A DNA stretch of 60,527 nt, filler included, from Catajapyx aquilonaris (lineage: Eukaryota), in NCBI GenBank assembly GCA_000934665.2. It is 4 parts of 4 records of this genome, joined end to end, with 100 filler letters (N's around TTAATTAATTAA, not from the genome) between each part and the next. Parts side by side here need not be neighbours in the genome. Positions count along the whole stretch, not along the records: positions 45,503 to 60,527 come from JYFJ02007623.1; 3 more parts are not named here. The stretch is one strand, 5' to 3'. Position numbers and translations under genes: made by a program. The notes below the pieces were generated by a model. That model was not told where the DNA came from. It saw nothing but the letters and a program-made list of their open reading frames with translations, and ran no database searches. Every line of letters starts with the position of its first letter. Position 1 is the first letter of the stretch. Below are positions 47,440 through 60,527 of the stretch, piece by piece.

Positions 47440-47915
47440 GAAGCATCCGGGTGACGTCTAGTGCTGAGTGTTACACCAATGGAGAGGCAACCGCAGTGAA
47501 CTCAGTTGTAGCAGCTACTGAGGCCCCACTTGTAGAAGAGAGTAAATACACCAATCTCAGCACAGTAACTTCTTATAGCAAATTGGAACCATTTTCGGAG
47601 ATCCTTCAGAGCAAATACTCGTGCTACTCAAGCACTGGTGCAGGAGGACCTCTGTTCCAGCCTCCTGGTTTACAAGTTGAAGAGGCTACAGATAGCAGTA
47701 GCAACGGCAACAACAACATAAGTAACAATATTCACAACAATAATAACCATCAGCACCATCACAATCACAACCACCTTAGCCATCAGATTGCTGAAGAGAC
47801 TGTGAAACATGGGGAAGCCTTGGTTTCACATGGAGAGGACAGCTTGGGTGGTGACAACACTGAGAACTTTGGTGAAATTATCAAGAAAACAATGGTGGAA
47901 ACTGTCTCGGCATAA
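47440..47915 (+). CDS. Terminal coding exon of an unidentified host gene (Ser/Asn/His low-complexity tail, transcription-regulator-like)
   Basis: tttcgtttcag acceptor, ~158 open codons with natural composition, N/H-rich tract, ends ENFGEIIKKTMVETVSA-TAA. Followed by kb of non-repetitive sequence. Confidence 0.8.
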
Positions 47916-50900
47916 GTTGACAACTTGTAGATCTCAACTGCCTTGACCATAAATTCACTCGCCAATATTCTTGTCACCTCTTGGCTGGAATATACAAGGA
48001 TCCCTTCTTTACTGAACATTTCAGTTGCAAGGTGGAATGAGTGTGAGGTGTCAGAACGTATATTCCATCCTTGAAAATACTTATAGTTGAGACATGCTTC
48101 TGAAAAACTCATCAGTTTTAACATATGCATTGTGACTATTTGAAGAGTCTCGGGCTGTGAGACGAAAATGTGTGCTGGCACATTGATCATAGGCCAATCA
48201 AGTTCAACATGCCACCTGTGAAGGTGCTTCGATATCTTTCTCTGTTGTGTTAATCTTGTGCCGTGTTATTGACGCTGCGGATGAAGAGGTAGAGTGGATG
48301 TGGTAGGTGACGGAGCCCATTACCTTCTTGAAGGTAGCAAGGTACATAGCATTTCCCAGTGAAATTGTATGGCTGCCCTGTTAGTCCCTTTGATACAGAA
48401 TACATGTGAGTGTGTGTGTATGTGTAGCCATTGTGGAGAGCAAGGATCAGGCTGAGTGGATGTTAAGTGCAAAAAAAAGAACAGGCATCTGTAAAGGGGT
48501 GGATACAAAAGCTAAAATATGGCACATGGGCCCAGAACTATGCAGCTATGCAAGCTAAGCTATTGGTATGACTTAATACTCCCGTTGGGGGGTCCACAAT
48601 TATGTGCCAACTAATGTTTCATCTAAAAATGAGATCTGATGGTCCGGGATATTAGATCCAAGAAGCAGGCTTCATGATGCTTAGGATCACAGATTCTTCT
48701 AGTTTGGGACAATGTGTAAGTGGCACCCCATTGAAGTGCCAAGTATTAAGTCATACCGTTCATCATGTCACAGTGCCCTTAGCTGAACCCAGCCATGTCT
48801 TTCTTTGCTCGTGTGATTCGTGCCTGAGGCCATGCACCTTGGTGCCTCTACATCAGTTTGATTCTTCCTTGGCTGGAGTGTGGAGTGAGGGAGGCAGGGA
48901 GGGAGGTAGCTGTGCATATAAAATAGGTGTAGATAGGGTGATAGAAAGATAGTCGCTCAACCCCAAATTTGGGGGCGCAGTGGCATCTGTGATAATTTTT
49001 AGTGTAGGCCAAGAAATGCAACATTCTCTCAATGTATGTCATTTTTCCATGTGAAATCAGCTTACTCATTAGTGTCCGTAATAGTAATTATAGTGTCTGA
49101 ATGCTTGTGAAAATAGCGTCTTAGGCTACTCAGTAATCTACATCATCAAAGAATTTGTCTACCTAACCATCCTATGAGTCAAGGTAGGTTCTGAAGCTCA
49201 ATTTGTGTGTGCTTGCCAAATGCTGCACTAATGAAAATACAGTACAATGTTTTTGCCTTAATTACACATCATTGGAATTATACAGAAATATAGAAGTGCA
49301 GGAAATTATTCTATCGAGTTGTCTGGCATTTGAATTTGCATTAATTTGTCGGAATACTTTGTTTAGGAATGCAGTAATTTGCTGCAGGGTTATGGCACAC
49401 AGAAAGGCAGCCTCAGTTTTGTGATAAAATTGTTTTCTACTTGTTGCACTTGACCGGAGGATGGGATGACCAGTTTTAGAGGTAAGATGTGCCGAGTATG
49501 CTATCCTCTCTCCCTCACCTGCCAAAACTCTTGGGAGTATATTGTATCTGTGTGTATGTGTATGAATGTGTACGTATTTTTTTTGTTAGATGATCCCCAC
49601 GTCCTCTGTATGTTCTGCCGTGACCAAGCAATTATGCCACCGAATGAATTCAACTCTTCCGTGTCAGATGTTGAGTTGATACAGCCTCAATTAATATGCA
49701 AGCAGAGCAGCTTGGGTTTTTGGAATGTTATAAATTGATAAGCTGATGGGAATACAGTGTTCTATGCAAGAAAGCAGGAGGGACCTGCAAGAATTTATGG
49801 TCCCAAATGGTCTTGCCAATACTAAGCAAAGATATGCTCTCCACCACAAACTACCCATGCTACTTTCCAATGGGATAGCCAGTTACACTTTCACAGCATT
49901 ATTCGGATTTCTTTTACAGAATGGCCTGAGCTATTTCCTTCCGTGTCCTTGTCCCTTACAATGTGCTGTACAAAAATTGTCTGCATCATTGGGTGGTAAT
50001 GAAGTCTTTCATCAGTGACAAGGCCTGTAAGGAGCCGCAACACCTGATCCCTTCCCTATACCATACCATACCACACCAGCATTATTTGGAAGGGTGTTTG
50101 AGCAGATGAAAATGTAGCTATGGGAAGAATAACAGTATGGCATTTATTTTCTATTGGCTTGCAATTAGGTCGATTGTTACACATGCAATAATGTTAGTTG
50201 GCTGTTATTTACAAAGTGTCAGATTGCTAAATCCTTAGCACACGGAACTGCTGCTGGCTGGCTAATCACAATGATCTTATACTTGACAATTTATTGAGAG
50301 TTACACTCACATATTATCTAAATAAGGACTCCATATGTGTACCACACATATGACTAATCTCTCAGGTGACAAATTGTCTGGTGCTGCATACCCTGTGTTG
50401 CCTTTGCACACAAAATGCTAAATTAATCAAGTAGAATTGCCCTTTCTATACCTGTGAAGCAATAGTGGGGTGTTTACTTTATGAAAAACTCTGGCTTCAC
50501 TTTAACCTCCGTTTTTATTTAGTCATTATTAGCCTTTATTAGGATTATTTGATTACTTTTAAATGTTCACAGTTGCCAGGTGTCATTTGAATGCATGAAT
50601 ATTTTGATCAGTGAAAGAAGGGTGTTTCAGCGTGTCATGTTTTGTGTCATTGGAATACAAATATCATGCACCATTATGCACAAAATACAGTCAGCCTTGG
50701 TTGAATTTTTTTTTTCGTTTGTTCTGGGTAGAACAGTAATATTACAAGCTAGTCTACATTAAATTTTCATATCATTATGGCAGATGGCATTACAAGTTTT
50801 AAAATGCAAAATCTAGGTTTTGGAGACTGGTTGGGATGTGCCATTCTTTAATTGACGAAGAAACTATTCTGTGAAAATAAGGTTACAGCATGGTACCATT

Positions 50901-51651
50901 GCGAGAGATCACACGTGTGCATTAGTGTTTTCAGAAATCCTAGGTATAATCTTGCAGTCGAGTGTCGTGAGCACTAGGTCAGCATGCTACCGTGTGCCTG
51001 GCTATAATGTTGCACTATGTCAAACCATGTAATGGCCAAGGTGTTCATCCAATCAAAATCTAGTCGTCTTGTGATCTTGTTTATATGATATCTGAATTCT
51101 CGTATGTAGCCAAGTGCTAAAATGGTAAAATGGAAATCAATTGGACTAGGTTGCTTATCTGCCAGGGATGTTTCACAAGAACCGTAATGCAAACTTCCAA
51201 ATTAAAATACTTGTAAAACCTGTGGATGCTTCCATGTTATGATCATTTTTCACTGAACTGTCTTCTCGTCGATGTCATTGTGTATCACCTGACAGCAACT
51301 CTTTAACATTTGTATATTTAGCTCTCCAAGGGCAAATTCAAACTTCAAATTACATATGCTTGTGCACACCTTAACAGGCCAGGACCACATATTTGCAGAA
51401 CTTTCCTCTCAAGTGTATTATTCATTTTAGTCTGAATTCAAAAGAAGCCTGACAACTGGGAACATTTTCTTCAAACATTGTGAAAGATTATTTGTCTATT
51501 TTCTACTTTACATACTTATCTGATTGTTGTTACATGCAGACACTAAACTGCTTGAGGGGCATTTGGTTTTGTTATCCAAGTGTGAAGAAACTGCCCTCTG
51601 TATGTGAATTTTTCAGGCCAATAGTATTGGCAAACTCCAACAATATTTGTA

Positions 51652-51810
51652 CAGTGTTGGACATTAATCGCGTCATACTGCTAGCGACATTTTCCAAAGC
51701 GGAAGAAGAACGAATCTTGCTCACACGGCTTTTGCTCCATTGCTTTGATTCGTTTTTCTGCCGCTTCAGAATATTTCGCTAGCAGTACGAGTGATTAATG
51801 TCCAACACTG
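51652..51810. mobile_element. Tc1/mariner-type MITE
   Basis: ta|cagtgttggacattaatc ... gattaatgtccaacactg|ta. Confidence 0.85.
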
Positions 51811-54800
51811 TACCAGGGGGCTGTAGTTGGCTTTAGGAAGTACCCTGCCAGGAGAAATCATAGACCTGACACCAGTGCCTACCTACAATATTATTTGGGT
51901 CATTTTAAAATTCTTGTAACAGTTTCTTTTACTATCAAAAATGTAAACTCACTCAAAGCCATATCAGAGATGTACGATGGATGGAGGGCAACGTTTATAA
52001 GCTGCTGTTAAGGTGGTGCTTGTAAAATGGAGAAGGTTTGCATTGGTGTCATATTCATGACTTCACTACAGGAGCAACCTCATAGTCCAATCTACCTCTC
52101 TAATGCAATAATACTGATATTGTCAGAATTGTTGCATTGTGTATGAACTTATTGCATGTAAAGTTTCACTATATCTAGGTCAGTTTCTTAAACATTTCAC
52201 TTTATACACATTGAATGCCCCTCAAATGAACAGCTTTCACAGGATGCAATAATTAGGATTAGGCCAGTCTGTAGAAACAGTATCCAGTTAAATGAACAGA
52301 GAAGGATGCCATTTTGTAAATAGCAGCATAACTTGACACTTATGCAACAGGACTGCTGTCTGAGTATGTTTTGTGGTTTAGATGTTATGCTAAGGCCACT
52401 GTAACGTTAATGTTCAGTGGACCTTACATAATGTCAGAGCAGCATTTTCTGATGGGTTCAATCTGACTCTGGGGCCCCCACCAGGCTTTTCCTGGCCCAG
52501 GGTAAGCACATGGCATGGTGCTCGTACAAAATGGAATAAATCAGGTGGGGTACATAGTAGGTTTTTGTGCCCTTTTCTGATTTCAAAAAACTTCATATGG
52601 AGTGCTTTTTCAAGCACAAAATAGTACAATCCAGATTTCAATATCTCTGGGCCTGCTCCCTTGGGCCCCACTACACATGGACCTTCTGAGCAAAGTGCAC
52701 AGGGTAGTAATCCAATTCACCCTTGCATGGGGGTGGACCTGACGGCACCTTACTTCAGTTCTTCCCAGAAACTGTAATAGTGATTGCATTAAAGTAAAGA
52801 TCAAGGATAAGATTTAGTATCTATGCAGAATAAGTATAACTGGTATGTTCAATGCTAAGCTCTGTAAGGAGGCATGTGTAAAGCAAATCTAGGAGATTTC
52901 CAGTCACCTGAAAATGTTTGAGTTAAATGAAATGATTCACCTATCCAGAAGAACATTGAATCCAGAGTATATCATTTAAAATGAAAAGGAATTAGCTGTT
53001 AAGAACTTGCTTGTATATGTGGAGATAGGTTGTTGATTATGAAGTACCCTGCCTTCTGCTGCTACTCTTCCCTATAGGTATACACAGTACTTGTTTTCCT
53101 TTACAATATGGCTGGGCGCCCTTTACACAGGAGTGATCCATCCCAAGCTCAACTCTAGCTGTCACGAGGATTGGCAGTCAGGAGCATGCCTAGGAACGGA
53201 CAGTGTCTGTGATGAATTTTTGCCTTCAAAAATAAATTTAAAAAAAGAAGACCACAAGGCAGAGGCTATATGTGTGTGTGAATGTTGCCATTGTGCTGTA
53301 CCCTATAGATTGTATGACTACATAAATTAATTGTGGATATGTTTTCACCTGGTCCTTGTGTCCTGCACCAGAATTTGAATTCTGTCAGTTGATGGATGGC
53401 AAGCAGGTCATTGATGGTGCTTGTTCCGTTGCAATGGAGCTCCATACCCATGCAGTGCAGGGGCGAGTGAAACATTTTTTGGAACAGCCTGCTACCCAGG
53501 ACCTCTTTATTTATTGAGCTGGCTCATTTTTACAACAAAATGTTAGACCTAACAAACTGGTTTTGTGCAGCTGCGTGATTGCTGTATATGAAAAGTGCCA
53601 TGACCAATTTTGTGTTTCTAATACCTAGGACTAAATACATGATGCATTTGAGGAAGAAGTGGGCAAGAAATTCTTGATTTGACCATCTTTTTTAACACAA
53701 GTGTTGTGAGCTATACAGGTTGTATTTATGAAACCTTGTTTTTGGAAGTCACTTGCCAAGACAAGCCATGAGGTGTACATGTATAGTACATCCAGTGATG
53801 TGGGCGAGCGGATGCATAGTTGTACAAACATAACTGTGCTGGTAGATAGGAAGTTCAGTAAGTTGTCACGGATTGCGTAGCAAGTGAGCTTATTTGGAGA
53901 TTGTGCTACTGTCTCCAGTAAAAAATAAATACAATTGAGTTACAGTACCAAAAGTGTTTTTTTTTGTTTGCTTTCTTCCCAAGAGATAATATTTCTTCTT
54001 GTTTTCTGGTGGAGTTAAGAAGCAAGGACTGTTAATGCTATTGGGATATGTAGTGCACTTCTGCATAGAGTCAAAGGACATGTGAGAATGTACTTCTTCG
54101 GGAATGTTTCCTATTTCCATGGAGATGCCCTCACACAAGTGTAGGAGTAAACAATGTCAACAAAAGGACACTGTTAATTCCTTATGTTCCGTGAAGGAAT
54201 CTCTGGAACCTTGAAGTGTGGGAGGTTCCAGAAGTGCATTCTGGGATATCCATTGACTATAACATCTTAGTGTTCTGAGTGTTGGCAAAGAGTTGTCACA
54301 ATATTTTAATTAGTCTGCCTCATTCAACAATAAGAAGTTGGAGTAATAGCACCATATCCAGGGCAGAGCGTGACTGCAAGTGATTCCCAATTTATTCTGA
54401 GACTTCAATCTCGGAGTGGTTTGCATTTCCACACAATGCACGGTACTACAACTTACGTGCACTTTGTATGGTGCAGCAAGAAGACGTGTCCATCAGAATT
54501 TGACAAAAGCAGCCCAGGAGAGTTGGATCTGTTCCAAATTTGCACATATATTTCCTGGGTTTTCCTGCTGTTTTCAGCACTCCTTGAATGGTGAGGTATA
54601 AAGGTAAGAAGGTTGTAAAAACCACGTACCCAGAATGTTATGTTAATTTATTTTGGGCCTGTAGGTCACACTAGACATTCTTCTTTCAGGGTTTGTCAAG
54701 TGCATTCTTCAGAAGCTCTGCTGGATGAACAGATTGCTGCTTAACATTGAGACGGCAGTGATGCCATTACATTTTCCCCATAACCATTATAATGACAGTC

Positions 54801-55003
54801 ACACAGACCCTTGTTTATGGGAATGACATTATGAATTGTTTTATTTGATGGGTGCTTGTGAAGCAGATCTACCAGTGCTTCAACAACAGCCATGCATACA
54901 TGTGATCAGTTAAAGAATGGGGTGAGGTTTCATTTCCACTTGATGTGTGCAGTGGCATTTGAAAACCTGCTGCTAGGAAGAAGTTAGTGAGGGGAGGGAT
55001 ATA

Positions 55004-55427
55004 CAGGGTGTATCTGAACTCAGTGCCCCGACGTATATGACTGCCTTCCTAGCCACCAGAGGATCGATTTAAGTATAGAAGTCATTATGTCTGGCCGCCG
55101 CATTACTGAGATAATTGGCGGCAAACATGTAGTACAAAATATCCTGTCGGTTAGGCCACCCATCGAACCCTTCCCCAGTCAGAAGGCTCTGGAAGGTCTG
55201 GGGGCGGGACTTTGTTGGTTTGTTGCCCACAGGTGGTAAGGCCTCTTTGGCTAGTTACACCAGAAAATTCTATTTAAAAGTCAGAAGGAGCGATTAGGCA
55301 AATATCGCTAAAGAGTGTATCTCAGTAATGAGGCTGCCCAGACATATGACTCCTATACTTAAATCGATCCTCTGGTGGCTAGGAAGGCAGTCATATACGT
55401 CGGGGCACTGAGTTCAGATACACCCTG
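55004..55427. mobile_element. Tc1/mariner-type MITE
   Basis: ~110-bp arms, ta|cagggtgtatctgaactcag ... ctgagttcagatacaccctg|ta. Confidence 0.95.
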
Positions 55428-57191
55428 TATAGAGGGAGAGAGCAAATTCAACAAAATAAATCGACACTTTGCTAAGTTAATATCATTTCCTCTTCGCCCT
55501 ATGTATACGTATATGCCATAATATTTGGATGGCGAAGAAAAGTACAGACTTGGCTACACAGTACTATCTTCATTGAGTTTAAAAAACAACTCGGCATATG
55601 ACAATTAAATGCAAAGCATATACATACATATCTCAAGAAACATATATTGAGGACATAATTATACATCGTTTTTAATCAGGTTTATTGCAAAGTTCTTACA
55701 AAATTCATGTTATTTTAGGTAGGCAATCAAAGGGAAAATTGCATTGAGAGGCATTACTTAGGCTGGGCTGCACAGTAACAACTAGATTTTGCTTGAAACC
55801 CCTGATGGTGCAATCTGGCCTTATTAGGCTGAGTGTTTGTGAGTCATTGATTAAATAGCAATTCTATGATGCAATGGCAGGTGTGACTTCACTACACCCG
55901 AAGTAAGATTATGTAACAAGGGTCATAACTAATAATTTAAATCTGCCGCGATCAGATGATAGAGCAGGCCAAGTGTTATGCATTTGAGTTTTACTGGACA
56001 TTTAGAGATAAAAGAAAACCTGGCAGAACCTCTCATATGTGTTGTTTTTGTGTGAAGCTAATGTTAGCAACAAATGTGCCTTCCTTCCTTTGATGATGCC
56101 TTACTATATGTGCAACAGCTTACATGTTTGGGAAATCTGGTAGCATGTAGACACAGTGAATTTTTTGTAAAGCAGCCTACTTTCAAAATGGCCCAAAAAG
56201 TGTGTGTGTTTTTTTTGGGGATGGTTGATAGGTTGATGTTTTACAGGTTGTCATTAAAAAAGCTATGAGTTGATCCAAGACGAATTTTGCGTATTTCAGA
56301 TCTCATTTCCCGCAATTCTTCCCTCAGGTCAGCATTAGCCTGGCGGAGCATTGCAATGTCCTCCTGGCAGAGTGGAGAAAGATCTCATCAATAATGTAAC
56401 TTGGCTCTTGTAACAGTAAAATTATGAGATTCAAAGGCACCCTACCTTTATTTCCAAATGGTATTTGGTGTCAGACACGTGGAATTCATAAAGAAGCCTT
56501 TTGAGGTTGTATATATCATCCTCGATCACTCCAAGTGTAGGTTGGTGCGCGTTATTTTCATAGAAATCAACATCATGTAGTGAATGGGCAGCAGATGCGC
56601 CCAATTCATCATTTGACAGTTGCCCCTGCTCTGAAGAGACCATGTTATGAAGAACCAAGTGTTCAATTACGGGGAGTGACTTTGATGTTATAATATCCTT
56701 GACTGGTTGACGGGCTTCCTTAGCATCAGTACTGTCCGTCCCTGTCAGCTTGTTATTTCTATCTACATGACTGGCAGGGATGTTAGGTGTTGATAGGTGA
56801 AAAACTTGCCCTTTCAGGCCACTGTGCTGCCCACGTTGCCTTCAAATGGAAGAAAATTACTGTTTTAAAACCTTGCCTCATGAGAATATCTCCCATGCAG
56901 AATATTATCAAATGACAATGTGAAACACCAAGGGTACAAGAATTTGAAAAACAGGCACCCATGAAAAACCAGTATTAATTCTTAATATCTGCAGTTGCTG
57001 GTAGTTTTGAATGGTTTCTATGTGTAGCCTTTTATAACCTCTACACATGAAAAGCCTCGTCAACTAATAAATTAATGCAATATGTGAGAATGGTAAGCAT
57101 AATATATTGTATGCATATTTGTCATAATTTTCCCCCCAGAAAAAAGTTTCACTTGTTCAAAATTAATATCTATCTTTTTATATATAGGCCA

Positions 57192-57404
57192 CAGGGTGTT
57201 TCAACTTTTTTGTCCGAACAGTTATCGGAAATATTACACTAAGCTGCTACTTTGTAAGCAGTGTAAGCCACTTCAACCTAAGATTCGCAGGGAATATTCT
57301 CCATTCCTCCGACAAACCGGTTGCAAGTCACTGCTGCTTACAAAGTAGCAGCTTTAGTGCAATATTTCCGATAACTGTTCGGACAAATAAGTTGAAACAC
57401 CCTG
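57192..57404. mobile_element. Tc1/mariner-type MITE (4380 family) inserted in a SINE tail
   Basis: cagggtgtttcaact...agttgaaacaccctg. Lies inside the SINE TSD aattaatatctatc (57161-57174 and 57741-57754). Confidence 0.9.
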
Positions 57405-57406
57405 TA

Positions 57407-57737
57407 TATAATCCTGGGGTAGAGCTTGACCTTACGATATGCAGCACGGACTTTTATTGTGTCGTTGTACATTTTTGGAACCTTTTTGCGAAGCGCCCGG
57501 GCCGGGCCCACGGACAGGATGACAAGAAGGGATGTGCAAGGTTCAGTGTAATATCGTTGCTGTGGACATTTTGTGAACTCCCCCGGGTGATTTGTCTTAA
57601 CGGAAATACCACCCGAGACGAAGCCAGAGATGTCCCCGAACTATGCACGAGATGAAGGGGGTAACCCCGGCCTGGGATCGAACCCGGGACCTTTACATCC
57701 GTAAGCGCATACATTACCGCAGCGCCACTCCGCCTCC
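57407..57737 (-). mobile_element. SINE family C
   Basis: Reverse complement of the 35216 family. Confidence 0.9.
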
Positions 57738-58369
57738 ATTAATTAATATCTATCACATAATTATAGTTGAAACTTATTTTCCCTTACTCGTGTTGCTGCA
57801 CCTCTACGTCAGGTTCTTCAATCATTTCTAGCCTCTCATCATGGGGCTCCAAGGTTGGCACATAGCCACTGGAGCTGGACCTGAACCTGGAAGTACGACG
57901 CCTTGGGGAATACACCGAACCCAGAGAGTGACTTCTTACCGGTGAAATATTGGCTTCTGCTTAAAATAAAAGAACAGTGTTAGTTTTAATGTGCTTCATC
58001 ACAGCTGACATAAGGGGACACATTATATTTAGGGACCCTTTAATCTGACCACAACTGATCCTAGACATTACAACTGCTCTGATGAAGGGGAAGAAACATT
58101 TTGTAGCGTTGCAACAAAGACTCTGGGAAAATGATATATTTTATATCAGAATAAATAGAAAGTATTGTACAAATGCATGGTCAGTGACACGCTGGAGTCA
58201 TATCTAATATTGGGCCCAAAATATTTAAAAACTGTCTCAGTCTGCAGCGGCGTAAATAGGGAGGGAGGGGGGTCAACCCCCCCCCCCCCGACCCAAAAAA
58301 TAATTCAAAATAATCCTCTATATAAAAACACACGTGCGCAAATATTGTATGTGGTGGATGATGTAAGCA

Positions 58370-58976
58370 CGAGGGCCGTACTAAAATGATTTACAATTAT
58401 TATTTTTTGCCACAAATACGTGCCGGTACAGGTCTGCAGATAGTCACATATTATAGAGAGAATCCACCGGAAGCCAAATACGCAGGAGTCATGGGTATAT
58501 GAAACCTCTCCGTGCCCTCCAGGAACCATTTTTTGGAGGTTCGGCGACCCCTTCCAGGACAACTGCTTACAGTCAACAGTGTCCTCGACATTGCATAAGG
58601 GAAGGAGTTTTTTAAATGTATATGAACAGGTGAAAGTCACTGGGGGCCAAGCCGGGTGAGTGCAGCGGGTGTGGAAGCACCCAAATAAACCCAGATCCAT
58701 GAAGGAAAAAAAATCCTTCGCCGACACCATTTCGAGGACACTGATGTTGACAGTATGTTGTTTACTTTGTTCATTGTGCACAGTTGTCCGGTTGTGGGGA
58801 CGTCGCACCTCCAAATAGTGGTTCCTGGAGGGCCTGGAGAGGTTGACACACCGGTTGTGGTAGTGCATTCGGCTCCAGGAGGATTCTATCTATAATGTGT
58901 GACTATCTGCCAACCTGTACGGCCACTGTATTTGTGGCAAATATATAAATTGTAAATCATTTTAGTACGGCCCTCG
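58370..58976 (-). mobile_element. Internally deleted mariner
   Basis: Long TIRs cgagggccgtactaaaatgatttacaatt. Minus strand VLPHPLHSPGLAPSDFHLF resembles HPPYSPDLAPSDFHLF. Confidence 0.9.
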
Positions 58977-59000
58977 TAATTTATTCCAAATCGAAAATAA

Positions 59001-59110
59001 CAAGGTGACCAGACGTCCCGGATTTTCACCATTTGTCCCGGATTTTTTCAAGGGTCATTCGGGACGTCCATTTGTCCCGGATTCGGCCAAACTGTCACGG
59101 TTAGGGCTAG
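59001..59110. mobile_element. hAT (Blackjack-like) terminus
   Basis: aggtgaccagacgtcccggatttt with tgtcccgg subterminal repeats. Confidence 0.55.
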
Positions 59111-59561
59111 TGTTGTAAAGGCCAGGGAAAAACGGATTTTTTTAAATGAAAAAACCCGGCCCTTTCCTTTTTTCCGAGGAAAATTGAAGTTTTTCCATTT
59201 TTTTTACAAAGGCCCGGATTTAATATAGAAATTCTGCATATATTATTTTTCAAATATTTTACACACAAAATGTAATGAGATCAAGGCTCTCACAATCATA
59301 AAATATTTCGTTTTTTGTGATGTAGGCTATGCCAACTTGTACAAAAATGGAAAAACTAATCTTCAGTTCTGGACATCAGTAGGCCTATCACCATACTGCT
59401 TTTATCACCATTTTCTTTGCTAGAATCAGATTTCACCGCAGTGAAAGTGCAACAAAGCAGATTTTTTTCTGAGTTATAAAATGACTTCTTATCGTGACCC
59501 ATTCCTTTTTTTCCATGTAATGTAATGTCGAATATGGAGTTTGACTACAGCTTGTACTATA

Positions 59562-59990
59562 CAGGGTGTATCGGAACTCTACCATAAGCCATATGCCAAT
59601 GGCGTAATGGTCAGCAGATGATCATTTACAGTATCGGAATCATAGGCCTGGGCCGCCGCATGACCGAGATAATTGACCTCAACCAATAGGTATAAAATAT
59701 CCTGGCAGGTATGCAAACCTTCAGCCGCCAATCGCATCACAGGTGAAGGTCGCAGCTATTTTCTGGGGGGCTACTGCCACACTGCTATTGGGGTAGTCTA
59801 ATCTGTAAGAGCAATGGCACTTGGCACTGCTATTCTACAATCACGCTTAAGCGCAATCGCTACTTCACAAATGATCAATTATCTACGTGATGTGGCTGCC
59901 TAGACATGATGACCCCTCTACATATAATGATGCTCTGGTGCCCCTTATGCCATTGGTACATGGCTTATGGTAGAGTTCCGATACACCCTG
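59562..59990. mobile_element. Tc1/mariner-type MITE related to 55004
   Basis: ta|cagggtgtatcggaactctaccataagcca ... tggcttatggtagagttccgatacaccctg|ta. Confidence 0.9.
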
Positions 59991-59993
59991 TAT

Positions 59994-60400
59994 TAGGGGG
60001 CACGGCAGTGCCCCCGCCAAGTTCTCGCCGCACTGCCGGACCACCTTTACCCGACGCAACTCACGTCATTTTGACCCCCTCGAATCTTCGCACTGGTGAA
60101 CATACGTGGCTTCAAAAATTTTATTTGGGTAGATAAAAATCGATTAAAAATAATGCCCCCTTACTTCCATGTTCATATCTCTTTTCATTTCCGACTTTTA
60201 AAATCCTAAAAACTCCCGAAACGGCCAAAATATGACACTGACTCACTGATCATCAAAATTATACGGCACTTCCAGTGGTCCTAGTATGCTGAAATTTGGT
60301 ATGCTGGTAGAGCTTGTCAAACAAACACCAGAATAAATCTGAAAACGGCACTTTTTTGAGTCTAAATGCAAAAAAAAATTATTTTCGCGAAGTCTGCTGC
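59994..60400. mobile_element. Possible Helentron/DINE-like repeat
   Basis: GC hairpin gggggcacggcagtgccccc and a ctgaaatttggtatg motif. Boundaries uncertain. Confidence 0.4.
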
Positions 60401-60527
60401 TGCTTTACCAGATGCGGCATTTTTACCACGGATTACTTTTTACTTTGAATTTCCAGTTAGGCTGCTGGTGCTCCTCCTGCCTTCCTCACGTTCTCATCTC
60501 CTCACTCCCCCCTCCCTTCCCCCCCCC

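Larger units (their letters stand above)
47916..57075 (+). other. Probable long 3' UTR (end uncertain)
   Basis: TE-poor, U/G-rich, CpG-poor, no credible ORFs. AATAAA candidates near 52535, 53230, 53925, 55456 and 57066. Confidence 0.45.

Noticed and set aside
37631..47915. Single gene joining the 37-kb exons to the 47.4-kb terminal exon
   Set aside because: They lie on different concatenated pieces, and the phases are incompatible (phase 2 donor versus phase 1 acceptor).

Overview
This is eukaryotic, repeat-rich DNA, most likely from an arthropod or insect (TTAGG-type repeats, tRNA-derived SINEs, insect-type Tc1/mariner and Helitron ends). It is not one contiguous locus. Three identical 100-bp artificial spacers (44 N + TTAATTAATTAA + 44 N at 15175-15274, 30284-30383 and 45403-45502) join four ~15-kb pieces. 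Piece 1 (1-15174) holds MITEs, SINEs, hAT, Ginger-like and Sola2-like elements, often nested, plus microsatellites. Piece 2 (15275-30283) is the most unusual. It is a dense patchwork of about 17 short, decayed coding fragments resembling many DNA-transposon superfamilies (hAT, Sola1, Sola2, Transib, EnSpm, MULE, piggyBac, Harbinger/ISL2EU and others). All but one lie on the + strand, and the SINEs and MITEs common elsewhere are absent. It also contains a spliced SGNH-hydrolase-like gene or pseudogene. Piece 3 (30384-45402) holds nested MITEs and SINEs, an internally deleted Tc1/mariner, a complete non-autonomous Helitron with a promoter-motif cluster, an RFX X-box minisatellite and two candidate host exons. 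Piece 4 (45503-60527) holds the last coding exon of an unidentified host gene, followed by a long TE-poor, CpG-poor probable 3' UTR and then more TEs. Family assignments come from recalled motifs and terminal structures, not database searches. Most ORFs in the supplied track are spurious.
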